From the sequence record SRR20825006_1922: DNA of 33,478 nt. One strand, given 5' to 3'. Each line of letters opens with the position of its first letter. Within the stretch, counting starts at the first letter, position 1. The position numbers and the translations under genes are program-made. Below are positions 9,463 through 18,758 of the stretch, piece by piece. Under the pieces are notes generated by a model that was not told where the DNA came from, did not search any database, and was given only the letters and a program-made list of their open reading frames with translations.

Positions 9463-9499
9463 AAACGGCGCGCCTTTCTCCAAGGGCGCGCCGTTTTTT
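9463..9499. terminator. Terminator between convergent genes
   Basis: AAACGGCGCGCCTT-tctcc-AAGGGCGCGCCGTTTTTT. Confidence 0.85.
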
Positions 9500-9515
9500 A
9501 TTTTATACCAAAGGC

Positions 9516-10649
9516 TTATTTCGCCAAAACCGCATCCAATGCCGCCTCAAGACGGGCCACAGACGCATCCACGTCATAGAGCTTATCCAGACCAAACAGC
9601 CCCAACCGGAAGGATTTATACTCCGGCCCCTCTTCGCATTGCAGCGGCACGCCAGCGGCGATTTGCATCCCCAATGCCGCAAAGGCCCGGCCCGATTGAA
9701 TCTCGGGATCATCGGTGTAACAGACCACCACGCCCGGCGCCTCAACGCCTTCTGCGGCGACCGATTTGAAGCCCCGCGCGCTCAACAGGGCGCGCACCCG
9801 GCGGCCCTGCTCCCATTGCGCCTCAGACAGTTTGGCAAAGCCGTAGGCTTTGGTCTCCAACATGGCATCGCGAAAGGCGCGCAGCGCGTCCGTGGGCATC
9901 GTCGCGTGATAGGCGTGACCGCCCGCCAAATAGGCCTCCATGATGGTCAACCATTTGCCCAGATCAATCGCAAAAGACGAGGATTGGCGCGATTTCACCA
10001 CCTCGATGGCGCGCTCAGACAGCATGACCAACCCGGCAGAAGGCTGTGCCGACCAGCCCTTTTGCGGCGCTGAGATCAACACATCCACCCCGGTCGCTTT
10101 CATGTCGACCCAGGCACAGCCCGAGGCGATACAGTCGAGCACCATCAGCCCGCCCTCTTCGTGCACCGCATCAGACAGCGCGCGGATATAGCCATCCGGC
10201 AAAATCATACCAGAGGCGGTTTCCACATGCGGGGCAAAGACCGCGGCGGGTTTGAGCGCGTGAATTTCGGCCACGGCCTCTTCCAATGGGGCGGGAGCGA
10301 AAGGTGCGGTGATCTCATTGCCGGTGCGACGGGCTTTGAGCACGGTCTGCGATTTCGGGATCGCGCCCGCGTCAAAAATCTGGCTCCAGCGAAAGGAGAA
10401 GAAGCCGTTGCGGATGACCATCACGTCCTCACCACCGGCGATCTGGCGCGCCACGGCCTCCATCGCATAGGTGCCGCCGCCGGGAACAACCACGGCGGTG
10501 TCGGCATGATAGACCTCGCACAGGGTGGCGTGGATGTCGGTCATCACGGTTTGAAAGGCTTTCGACATGTGGTTGAGCGAGCGATCAGTGAAGACCACGG
10601 AAAATTCCATCAACCCATCGGGGTCGATATCAGAGCGCAATGCGGGCAT
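9516..10649 (-). CDS. Class V PLP aminotransferase (serine/alanine-glyoxylate transaminase-like)
   Basis: PGGGT, HVETASG, LDCIAS, SAPQKG (PLP Lys); AAGGAGG RBS. Confidence 0.88.
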   Translation of the reverse strand: MPALRSDIDPDGLMEFSVVFTDRSLNHMSKAFQTVMTDIHATLCEVYHADTAVVVPGGGTYAMEAVARQIAGGEDVMVIRNGFFSFRWSQIFDAGAIPKSQTVLKARRTGNEITAPFAPAPLEEAVAEIHALKPAAVFAPHVETASGMILPDGYIRALSDAVHEEGGLMVLDCIASGCAWVDMKATGVDVLISAPQKGWSAQPSAGLVMLSERAIEVVKSRQSSSFAIDLGKWLTIMEAYLAGGHAYHATMPTDALRAFRDAMLETKAYGFAKLSEAQWEQGRRVRALLSARGFKSVAAEGVEAPGVVVCYTDDPEIQSGRAFAALGMQIAAGVPLQCEEGPEYKSFRLGLFGLDKLYDVDASVARLEAALDAVLAK

Positions 10650-10897
10650 GATGCCTCCTTAAAGTCATATCAATCATATCAAACGGTGCCAAAGCGACAC
10701 ATTTGGCGGTCCGTTCGGGGACTGGGCGCACAAACGTCTGGACAAGTGCCCTAAGGTTCACAACACTTGCCCAAGCGTCACGCCACGGATCGGGCCAAAA
10801 AGAGCACCGGACGGGCGAAAACACAAGCGGTTCAAACCGCATCGGCGCATTGAGGCAGATCCGGGTTACAGACCCAAACCAGACAGGCAGAGCAGTC

Positions 10898-12037
10898 ATG
10901 CCAACAGAGAATCTAATTGTGATGGGGTCCTCCCTCATCAACAATCCGATTGGCTATTCCCAAGACCCTTGGGGAAACGCCAATGACGGGGCCTATATCA
11001 CCGGCGGCGACAGCGTTTTTGACGACGATGACGTGATCGTTTTCACCGTGCAAAAGGTCAACCATGACGGAACGTTTGACAACCAGACCCAGATCATGGG
11101 GATCGAGGTCTATGACAATGCCGCCGACTATGTGAATGGCGTCCCCAAATACACCTATGAGCTGGAAAAAACCGGAGGATGGGGCTGGGGGAACAACACA
11201 GGCAGCGGCGATGTCTCCACAAGCGTGCACAATATGGGCGATGCCTATCTGCATTTCCCCGCCGATGGCTTTGTCAGCTCAGACCCCGGCGCGCCGGATC
11301 TGGACTATCTGTTTTTGGCGCCGGGCGTGGATTTATCCGAAGCCTACCCGGTTTGGCTCTCGCATGAGCAAGCCATCGACTATAATGAAGACGGCTCCAT
11401 TGCAGGCAGCGAGGTCGGCGACGGGGTCTTTACCACCGACAACAACCTGTTTGCCGAAAATGAAATTGCCGCCGCGATTTGTTTGACCCGCGGGACGTTG
11501 ATTGACACGCCCGAGGGGCCAAAATTTATCGAGACCCTGAGCGAGGGCGATCTTGTGCATACGCTCGATGAGGGGCCGCAACCGATCCGCTGGATTGGTT
11601 CCCGCCGCGTCGAGGCCACAGGCACACTTGTCCCCATCCGCATCAAAGCCGGTGCTTTGGGCAATTTCCGTGACCTCACCGTCTCGCCCAACCACCGAAT
11701 GATGATCCGTGGTCCGAAAGCCGAAATGCTATTTGGCGAACGCGACGTCTTGGTGGCGGCGAAACATTTGGTCAATGATGACACGATCCGCTGCGTGCCC
11801 GGTGGCACCGTGGAGTATTTCCACATGCTGTTTGACAGCCATCAAATCATCTTTGCCGAGGGCTGCCCGACCGAAAGCCTCTATCCCGGCCAAGAGGCCT
11901 TGGGGGCCGTAGCGCCAGAGGCACGGGCCGAAATTTTGATGCTGTTTCCCGAATTCGAACACGGGGCGCAGCAGGCGGAGCTTTCGCGCTATGAATTAAA
12001 GGCATGGGAGGCGCAGGCGCTTCGACACGCGAGCTGA
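10898..12037 (+). CDS. Hint-domain (bacterial intein-like, Hint_2) protein
   Basis: ICLTRGTLIDTPEG, GDLVHTLD, IRWIG, VSPNHR, YFHMLFDSHQIIFAEGCPTESL; start taken at ATG 10898. Confidence 0.9.
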   Translation: MPTENLIVMGSSLINNPIGYSQDPWGNANDGAYITGGDSVFDDDDVIVFTVQKVNHDGTFDNQTQIMGIEVYDNAADYVNGVPKYTYELEKTGGWGWGNNTGSGDVSTSVHNMGDAYLHFPADGFVSSDPGAPDLDYLFLAPGVDLSEAYPVWLSHEQAIDYNEDGSIAGSEVGDGVFTTDNNLFAENEIAAAICLTRGTLIDTPEGPKFIETLSEGDLVHTLDEGPQPIRWIGSRRVEATGTLVPIRIKAGALGNFRDLTVSPNHRMMIRGPKAEMLFGERDVLVAAKHLVNDDTIRCVPGGTVEYFHMLFDSHQIIFAEGCPTESLYPGQEALGAVAPEARAEILMLFPEFEHGAQQAELSRYELKAWEAQALRHAS

Positions 12038-12040
12038 CAC

Positions 12041-12069
12041 TTGCCCCTGACTGCGGCTGCGTTTAGAAC
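12041..12069 (+). promoter_or_regulatory. Putative sigma70 promoter of gatB
   Basis: TTGCCC-N17-TAGAAC. Confidence 0.4.
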
Positions 12070-12101
12070 GCAGGGCAACAGGATACGCAGGGAGCCGCGA
12101 C

Positions 12102-13616
12102 ATGCTCGATCATCTCGAATTCACCACGCCAAAGCCGAAAGTCATTTCGGGGGCAAAAGACGACTGGGAACTGGTGATCGGGATGGAAATCCACGCTCAG
12201 GTCGCCTCCAAATCCAAGCTGTTCTCTGGCGCTTCGACGAAATTCGGCAATGAGCCGAACTCGAACGTCTCTTTCGTGGACGCGGCCATGCCCGGCATGT
12301 TGCCCGTGATCAACGAATTCTGCGTCGAACAAGCGGTGCGCACGGGGCTGGGCCTCAAAGCTGAGATCAACCTGTTCTCCGCCTTTGACCGGAAAAACTA
12401 TTTCTACCCGGATCTGCCGCAAGGCTACCAGATTTCGCAGCTCTATCACCCGATCGTGGGCGAAGGCGAAGTGATCGTCGATATGGAACCCGGTGTGGCC
12501 CGTTTGGTGCGCATCGAGCGCATCCATTTGGAACAAGACGCTGGCAAATCCATCCATGACATGGACCCGACCATGTCCTTCGTCGACCTGAACCGCACCG
12601 GCGTGGCCTTGATGGAAATCGTGTCCCGCCCCGACATTCGTGGCCCCGAAGAAGCCGCCGCCTATGTGCTGAAACTGCGCCAAATCCTGCGCTATTTGGG
12701 CACCTGCGACGGCAACATGCAAAACGGCAACCTGCGCGCCGACGTGAACGTCTCTGTCTGTCGTCCGGGCCAGTATGAAAAATATCAAGCCACTCAAGAT
12801 TTTGGTCATCTCGGCACCCGCTGCGAGATCAAAAACATGAACTCGACGCGGTTCATCCAGATGGCGATTGATTACGAGGCCCGGCGTCAAATCGCGATCC
12901 TGGAAGATGGCGGCACGGTCGATCAAGAGACCCGTCTCTATGACGCCGACAAGAACGAAACCCGTTCGATGCGCTCCAAAGAAGAGGCACATGACTACCG
13001 CTATTTCCCCTGCCCCGATCTGCTGCCGCTGGAGATCGAACAGGAATGGGTGGATGACATTGCGAAAACCTTGCCCGAATTGCCCGACGAGAAAAAGGCC
13101 CGCTTTGTCAAAGAGTTCGGTCTGTCCGAATATGACGCAAACGTGTTGACCGCCGACACCGCGAACGCCAGCTATTTCGAAGGCGTGGCCGCCGGCACCG
13201 ACGGCAAACTGGCCGCGAACTGGGTGATCAACGAGCTGTTTGGCCGTCTGAAAAAAGATGACAAAGACATCGAAACCTCACCCGTCTCCCCCGAACAACT
13301 GGGCGGCATCGTCAAGCTGATCAAATCCGGCGACATCTCCGGCAAGATCGCCAAGGACCTGTTTGAGATCGTCTATACCGAGGGCGGCAACCCGGCCGAG
13401 ATCGTTGACGCGCGCGGCATGAAACAGGTCACAGACACCGGCGCGATTGAAAAAGCGGTCGATGAGGTGATCGCCGCCAACCCCGGACAGGTCGAAAAAG
13501 CTCAACAGAACCCGAAACTTGCGGGTTGGTTTGTGGGCCAAGTGATGAAAGCCACAGGCGGCAAGGCCAATCCTGGCGCAGTCGATGCGCTGGTCAAAGC
13601 CAAACTCGGCCTCTAA
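12102..13616 (+). CDS. gatB: Asp/Glu-tRNA amidotransferase subunit B
   Basis: [48 protein letters not shown]. Confidence 0.98.
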   Translation: MLDHLEFTTPKPKVISGAKDDWELVIGMEIHAQVASKSKLFSGASTKFGNEPNSNVSFVDAAMPGMLPVINEFCVEQAVRTGLGLKAEINLFSAFDRKNYFYPDLPQGYQISQLYHPIVGEGEVIVDMEPGVARLVRIERIHLEQDAGKSIHDMDPTMSFVDLNRTGVALMEIVSRPDIRGPEEAAAYVLKLRQILRYLGTCDGNMQNGNLRADVNVSVCRPGQYEKYQATQDFGHLGTRCEIKNMNSTRFIQMAIDYEARRQIAILEDGGTVDQETRLYDADKNETRSMRSKEEAHDYRYFPCPDLLPLEIEQEWVDDIAKTLPELPDEKKARFVKEFGLSEYDANVLTADTANASYFEGVAAGTDGKLAANWVINELFGRLKKDDKDIETSPVSPEQLGGIVKLIKSGDISGKIAKDLFEIVYTEGGNPAEIVDARGMKQVTDTGAIEKAVDEVIAANPGQVEKAQQNPKLAGWFVGQVMKATGGKANPGAVDALVKAKLGL

Positions 13617-13638
13617 ATCACCCCTCCATCAAAGGCAT

Positions 13639-13666
13639 AAAGGCGTCCCTCATGGGCGCCTTTTTT
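13639..13666 (+). terminator. Intrinsic terminator after gatB
   Basis: AAAGGCGTCC-ctcat-GGGCGCCTTTTTT. Confidence 0.85.
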
Positions 13667-13724
13667 CATAAACTCGCCCTTAACTCTCAGAGGAGTAGCT
13701 TGGGACACATGGAAGGAGCCCATC

Positions 13725-14000
13725 ATGTCCCATTACGAGTACAAAGCCATCCCTGCCCCGCATGAAAGCGAAGCCACCTCCGCCTCGCAAACGCCCGAGG
13801 CGCGATTGGCCGATGCGGTGACCGTGCGGCTCAATGCCATGGCAAAAGAGGGCTGGACCTATCTGCGCTCGGACGCATTCACCCTCACCGGGGTGGCGGG
13901 CAAACAGGCGGTTTTGGTGTTTCGACGCGAAAGCGATTTTGGCATGTTCGGACAGGATAAACCCAGCTTTGGGACCTTCGGGCCAGAAGCCGCCGAGTGA
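13725..14000 (+). CDS. DUF4177-like small protein
   Basis: YEYK...LNAMAKEGW...VLVFRRE; AAGGAG RBS. Confidence 0.8.
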   Translation: MSHYEYKAIPAPHESEATSASQTPEARLADAVTVRLNAMAKEGWTYLRSDAFTLTGVAGKQAVLVFRRESDFGMFGQDKPSFGTFGPEAAE

Positions 14001-14109
14001 GGCCAGCGCCGCCCGTGACACACGGCCCATGCCTTGACCTCCGGTGCCCATCCGCTAAACCTGTGCCGCAACGACGCGCCGCCCAATGCGGTCGCCACAG
14101 GAGACGCAT

Positions 14110-14535
14110 ATGCCCCTTTATGAGTACCTCACCGTGCCCGCCCCGCGCAAAGGCGAGAAAACCCGAGGCGCGAAAACCCCTGAGGCGCGGATCGCACTGG
14201 CGATGCAAAGCGTGCTCAATGAAAAGGGCGCTGAGGGCTGGGAGTATATCCGTGCCGATCTCTTGCCGATGGAAGAGCGCTCCGGGCTGACCTCAAAAGC
14301 GATCACCTATCACACGGTTCTGGTGTTTCGCCGGGAACGCGATGCGAATGCCGTGGCGACGGTCTCGACGACGGAACAGGCCGCCGTGCAGACGCGCAAA
14401 TCCCCGGTCGCGGACCGCACCACGCCGCCGCCCTCTGTGCCCTTTCCGGCCCATGCCGAAAAAGGCGCGGGCGCAAATGCCCGCCGCCTCTCGCCCGAGG
14501 TGGCCGACGAGATCGCCGAAGACCGCGAATCATAA
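14110..14535 (+). CDS. DUF4177-like protein with disordered C-terminus
   Basis: YEYL...LNEKGAEGWEY...VLVFRRE; AGGAG RBS before ATG 14110. Confidence 0.82.
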   Translation: MPLYEYLTVPAPRKGEKTRGAKTPEARIALAMQSVLNEKGAEGWEYIRADLLPMEERSGLTSKAITYHTVLVFRRERDANAVATVSTTEQAAVQTRKSPVADRTTPPPSVPFPAHAEKGAGANARRLSPEVADEIAEDRES

Positions 14536-14543
14536 TCCCGCGC

Positions 14544-14801
14544 TCACACATCCAGATCCAGCGCCAGCGCATGAATGCGCGGCACCAAATCGCCGAGTGC
14601 TTTGTGCACCATCCGGTGGCGCGCCACCCGCGATTGTCCGGCGAAGGCCTCTGAGCGGATCATCACATTAAAATGCGTCTCCCCCGCCCCGCCGGGATTT
14701 CCGGCATGTCCGGCGTGTGAGGCGCTATCATCTTCGATCTTCAAGATTTTTGGCGCAAAGGCCGCCTGTAACCTGACGCGCATTTCATCGGAAATTGTCA
14801 T
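14544..14801 (-). CDS. bolA: BolA family protein
   Basis: DDSASHAGH, ETHF, FAGQSRVARHRMV, IHAL; start taken at ATG 14801. Confidence 0.92.
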   Translation of the reverse strand: MTISDEMRVRLQAAFAPKILKIEDDSASHAGHAGNPGGAGETHFNVMIRSEAFAGQSRVARHRMVHKALGDLVPRIHALALDLDV

Positions 14802-14890
14802 CTCTCTCTCCCAGTTTTCGGCCCCAAGGCCTTTCCCATTTTGCATTCTTCATCTAAAGTCCTGCGTCCGAGTCGAAAAGGTTGAGGCAC

Positions 14891-15526
14891 ATGGATAAAA
14901 ACGATCCCTTCGGTTTTGATATGTCAGTCACGTCATCAAAAAAGAACAAACGTGGTGGCAGACGCGGCATGTCCGGGGCATTTGAGACCTCTAAACGGGT
15001 CTGCGAACATGACGGATGTCAGGAAGCGGGCCAATATCGCGCGCCCCGTTCGCCTGATCATTTGGACGAATATAAATGGTTTTGTAAGGACCACGTGCGC
15101 GAATACAATTTGAAATGGAATTTTTTCACCAACGCCACACCGGAAGAAATGGACGAGCAAATCAAAGCGTCCCAAACCGGCGAACGTCCGACCAAGCCGT
15201 TTGGCAAAAAATCGGTCGAACAGAGGGCGTGGGAGCGTCTTGGTATTGATGATGCTCATGAGGTGCTGGGCGAAAACGCGACGCAGAACCCGGGCAAATC
15301 GGACCCGGCGGCCTCGACGCGCAAACTGCCGCCGGTGGAGCGGCAGGCGATTGATATTTTGGAGGCCAAGGACCATTGGACCAAGGCCGAAATCAAGAAA
15401 CAATATCGCGCTTTGATCAAAGTGCTGCACCCGGACGTGAACGGCGGCGATCGCTCGCAAGAGGAGCAGTTGCAACAGGTCGTCTGGGCCTGGGATCAGC
15501 TCAAAGAGAGCCGTTGGTTTAAGTAA
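14891..15526 (+). CDS. J-domain (DnaJ class C) protein
   Basis: C-terminal EIKKQYRALIKVLHPDVNGG; N-terminal C-x4-C...C-x2-H motif; GAGG RBS. Confidence 0.9.
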   Translation: MDKNDPFGFDMSVTSSKKNKRGGRRGMSGAFETSKRVCEHDGCQEAGQYRAPRSPDHLDEYKWFCKDHVREYNLKWNFFTNATPEEMDEQIKASQTGERPTKPFGKKSVEQRAWERLGIDDAHEVLGENATQNPGKSDPAASTRKLPPVERQAIDILEAKDHWTKAEIKKQYRALIKVLHPDVNGGDRSQEEQLQQVVWAWDQLKESRWFK

Positions 15527-15566
15527 ACTATAGGGTCCAGACTGGGTCAAAACAGCCTCAAAATAG

Positions 15567-15597
15567 AAAAAGCCGCCTCACATGGGGCGGCTTTTTT
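15567..15597. terminator. Bidirectional terminator
   Basis: AAAAAGCCGCCTC-acat-GGGGCGGCTTTTTT. Confidence 0.88.
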
Positions 15598-15616
15598 GAC
15601 GGCGTAAGGCGTGGTT

Positions 15617-16594
15617 TTAATGCGCCGCGCCCGCTTTTTTGCCCGTCACCAAACGGATCAAAGGGTTGATGATCCGGGCCACAATGGGGATAAGGATCAG
15701 GCCATAGATCAGCCCAAGGATGCCATCGAAAAACGCCGTCACGACCCAAGCGATAAAGCCGGATGCCCCGACAAAGGCATGCGCGGCGAGTTCGGCGATG
15801 TGGTGGATGTCCTCATAGGGATGCGGCTGGCCCAATTCGGACAGGCCATGGATCACGATGGACCCGCCGACCCAAATCATCGCGGCGGTGCCGACAATCA
15901 TCAAAAGGGTCATCAGGATCGGCATGAATTTCACGATCCCGCGCCCCAAAGCCCGCGTCACGGACAGCCGCCCAACCCGTGCCAACCACAGGCCGACATC
16001 ATCGGCTTTGACGATCAAAGCGACGCTGCCATAAACCACCACGGTGATGATCACCCCTGCAAGCCCCAAGGTGAAGGCGCGAAAGACGAGACTTGCAGAG
16101 GGATCAAGGGCCGCCAAAATGATGGTCATGATCTCGGCGGAAAGGATGAAATCGGTCTTGACCGCGCCCGCCACTTTGGTGGCTTCGAGATGGGCCGGAT
16201 CGCCTTGCTCGGCAGGTTGGCCATCGGCATGAGGCGCATGGGGTTTGAACAGGTGATAGACCTTTTCCGCCCCCTCAAAACACAAATACGACCCGCCGAG
16301 CATCAACAAAGGCGTGACCATCCATGGCGCGAAGGCTGACAAGAGCAACGCCAGAGGCAAAAGGATCAGCAATTTGTTGCGGATCGAGCCAAGGGCGATT
16401 TTGCCGACGATCGGCAATTCACGCGCGGCGGCGAAGCCATGGACGTATTTCGGCGTCACGGCGGCGTCATCAATCACCGCGCCCGCCGCCTTGGCCGAGG
16501 CTTTCGCCGCTTGGCCCGCCACATCATCGACCGAGGCCGCCGCCACTTTGGCGATGCCCGCCACGTCGTCTAATAGTGCCAAAAGGCCGCTCAT
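15617..16594 (-). CDS. DUF808 (YedI-like) inner membrane protein
   Basis: GLLALLDD, VIDDAAVTP, RELP, TDFILSAEIM, GTAAMIWVGGSI. Confidence 0.9.
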   Translation of the reverse strand: MSGLLALLDDVAGIAKVAAASVDDVAGQAAKASAKAAGAVIDDAAVTPKYVHGFAAARELPIVGKIALGSIRNKLLILLPLALLLSAFAPWMVTPLLMLGGSYLCFEGAEKVYHLFKPHAPHADGQPAEQGDPAHLEATKVAGAVKTDFILSAEIMTIILAALDPSASLVFRAFTLGLAGVIITVVVYGSVALIVKADDVGLWLARVGRLSVTRALGRGIVKFMPILMTLLMIVGTAAMIWVGGSIVIHGLSELGQPHPYEDIHHIAELAAHAFVGASGFIAWVVTAFFDGILGLIYGLILIPIVARIINPLIRLVTGKKAGAAH

Positions 16595-16679
16595 ACCTGT
16601 GTCCCCGCTTCAATCTTACATTTGAGGCTATGTAGTCATGAATGCGCTCACAGGCAAACCCACCCGCAAACCCAAGTGC

Positions 16680-16715
16680 AAAAAAGCGGGACGCCCCAAA
16701 GGACGCCCCACCCGC
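16680..16715 (-). terminator. Terminator after fasciclin gene
   Basis: Minus strand GCGGGTGGGGCGTCC-TTTG-GGGCGTCCCGC-TTTTTT, stem includes G-U pairs. Confidence 0.6.
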
Positions 16716-16753
16716 ATGATCCCCGAAGGGAGACCTCATTCAAAGTGCCGCGC

Positions 16754-17317
16754 TTACATCGCCGGCAAAAGCACCTTGTCGATCACATGGATCACACCGT
16801 TCGATTGATCAACGTCAGCGATGGTCACAGTGGCCGCGTTGCCCTGTTCGTCTTCGATCATCACCATACCGTCTTTGACCATGGCTTTGAGCGTACAGCC
16901 GCCCACGGTCGGCACATCATGCACGCCGCCGTCATCTTCGATCATGCCCACAAGGGCTTCGGACATCACATCAGCGGCAACCACATGGCAGGTCAGAATT
17001 TTGGTCAACTGATCTTTGTTTTCCGGCATCAAAAGCGTTTCAACCGTGCCCTCGGGCAAAGCGGCAAACGCGTCATTGGTCGGGGCGAACACGGTGAACG
17101 GACCTTCGCCAGCGAGCACATCCACGAGACCCGCAGCCTGGACAGCGGCGACCAGAGTGGTGTGATCGGCGGAGTTCACAGCGTTTTCCACGATGTTTTT
17201 CTCGGGGAACATCTCAGCGCCGCCGACCATCGGGTTTTTCATGCCATGGTCGTCCGCAAAGGCGGTGGTGGCGAGAAGAGCGGCAGTGGCAGCGGCAAAA
17301 ATTGTGCGTTTCATCAT
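16754..17317 (-). CDS. Secreted fasciclin (FAS1) domain protein
   Basis: Signal peptide ending [16 protein letters not shown] and [14 protein letters not shown] motifs. Confidence 0.95.
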   Translation of the reverse strand: MMKRTIFAAATAALLATTAFADDHGMKNPMVGGAEMFPEKNIVENAVNSADHTTLVAAVQAAGLVDVLAGEGPFTVFAPTNDAFAALPEGTVETLLMPENKDQLTKILTCHVVAADVMSEALVGMIEDDGGVHDVPTVGGCTLKAMVKDGMVMIEDEQGNAATVTIADVDQSNGVIHVIDKVLLPAM

Positions 17318-17366
17318 AAGTCTCCCTTAAGAACACGCCCCGACCCAGTGTCGAGGTTATAAGGGG

Positions 17367-17392
17367 TACGGGGCGGATCACCGCATGGATCA
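17367..17392 (-). promoter_or_regulatory. Putative ECF11 (RpoE/ChrR-type) promoter of fasciclin gene
   Basis: Minus strand TGATCC-N16-CGTA, 50 nt upstream of the start codon. Confidence 0.6.
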
Positions 17393-17604
17393 CCACGCGC
17401 CCTTCACGTTCAGTCACACAGGCGTGAGGTGTTTTTTTGCGCCACCCGGCATTCTGTACGCTGGCTCACGCCCCCGCGACGCCTCGCCCCTTGCACCTGA
17501 CGCGCCGATAGGGCACGAAGTCACCTAAAGCGTTTTGCCAAAGCCCTGCGAGACCGGTGTGCGGCGGAACAGTTAAGTGAACACATAAGAAAACGGGCCG
17601 AACC

Positions 17605-18573
17605 ATGAACGCGAACGCAAAACCGACCGAAACCATTTCTGTACGCGATGTCTTTGGCATTGATACTGACATGACCGTAAAAGGCTTTGCCGAGCGCCTC
17701 GACCGCGTACCGGACGAAGACCCGACCTATAAATTTGACCCGGATACGACGCTGGCGATTCTTGCGGGCTTTGCCCACAACCGCCGCGTGATGATCCAGG
17801 GCTACCACGGCACCGGCAAATCGACCCATATCGAACAGGTCGCCGCCCGGCTCAACTGGCCGTCTGTGCGCGTCAACCTCGACAGTCACATCTCGCGCAT
17901 TGACCTGATCGGCAAAGACGCGATCAAGCTGCGCGACGGCAAACAGGTGACCGAATTCCAAGAGGGCATTCTGCCCTGGGCCCTGCGCAACCCCTGCGCC
18001 ATCGTGTTTGACGAATATGATGCGGGCCGTGCCGATGTGATGTTTGTGATCCAACGGGTGTTGGAAGCCGATGGGAAGTTGACGTTGATGGACCAAAACG
18101 AGGTGATCACCCCGCACCCGTCCTTCCGCCTGTTTGCCACCGCCAACACCGTCGGACTTGGCGACACCACCGGGCTGTATCACGGCACGCAACAGATCAA
18201 CCAGGCGCAGATGGACCGTTGGTCCTTGGTGGCGACGCTGAACTATCTCAGCCATGACGCCGAAGCGAATATCGTTTTGGCCAAATGCCCGCATTACAAC
18301 ACCGAAAAAGGCCGCCGCGACATTTCGCAGATGGTGACCGTGGCCGATCTGACCCGCACCGCGTTCATGAATGGCGACCTCTCGACCGTGATGTCGCCGC
18401 GGACCGTGATCACCTGGGCGCAAAACGCCGAGATTTTCCGCAACATCGGCTATGCGTTCCGCCTCACCTTCCTCAACAAATGCGATGAGTTGGAACGTCA
18501 GACCGTGGCGGAATTCTACCAGCGCTGTTTTGACGAAGAATTGCCGGAATCGGCGGCCTCTGTCGCAAGCTGA
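17605..18573 (+). CDS. cobS: Aerobic cobaltochelatase AAA+ subunit
   Basis: GYHGTGKST Walker A, IVFDEYD Walker [10 protein letters not shown]; cobT nearby. Confidence 0.96.
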   Translation: MNANAKPTETISVRDVFGIDTDMTVKGFAERLDRVPDEDPTYKFDPDTTLAILAGFAHNRRVMIQGYHGTGKSTHIEQVAARLNWPSVRVNLDSHISRIDLIGKDAIKLRDGKQVTEFQEGILPWALRNPCAIVFDEYDAGRADVMFVIQRVLEADGKLTLMDQNEVITPHPSFRLFATANTVGLGDTTGLYHGTQQINQAQMDRWSLVATLNYLSHDAEANIVLAKCPHYNTEKGRRDISQMVTVADLTRTAFMNGDLSTVMSPRTVITWAQNAEIFRNIGYAFRLTFLNKCDELERQTVAEFYQRCFDEELPESAASVAS

Positions 18574-18599
18574 TAGCGCGTCTTTAATAACATGAGACT

Positions 18600-18632
18600 G
18601 AAACGGGCCCCTCCTGGGGTCCGTTTTCTTTT
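18600..18632 (+). terminator. Terminator after cobS
   Basis: AAACGGGCCCC-tcct-GGGGTCCGTTTTCTTTT. Confidence 0.85.
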
Positions 18633-18692
18633 GTCCGTATGGAGGTCTTGTATGGGGGCTCTTGTCCTGTGCCGATATCTCGCTTACACAAG

Positions 18693-18716
18693 ATCGTTAC
18701 GTTATAACGTAACGAT
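18693..18716. promoter_or_regulatory. Zur-box-like perfect palindrome
   Basis: ATCGTTACGTTA|TAACGTAACGAT (24 bp) with a GTTATAAC core, upstream of zinT. Confidence 0.8.
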
Positions 18717-18758
18717 TCCAATTCGAGTTTAACGACACAAAGAAAGAGAGTCCCACGA

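Noticed and set aside
10703-10897. Extended N-terminus of the Hint protein in the ORF track
   Set aside because: Non-ATG start, no RBS, and composition unlike the rest of the protein; more likely promoter or UTR
1683-13616. yqeY and gatB without gatA/gatC as a novel amidotransferase arrangement
   Set aside because: The genes are 10 kb apart and separately transcribed; split gat genes and free-standing YqeY are common
17318-17604. Cobalamin riboswitch upstream of cobS (or of cobT at 20703-20899)
   Set aside because: No B12-box elements (GGGAA...GCCACTG...AGYCAG) seen
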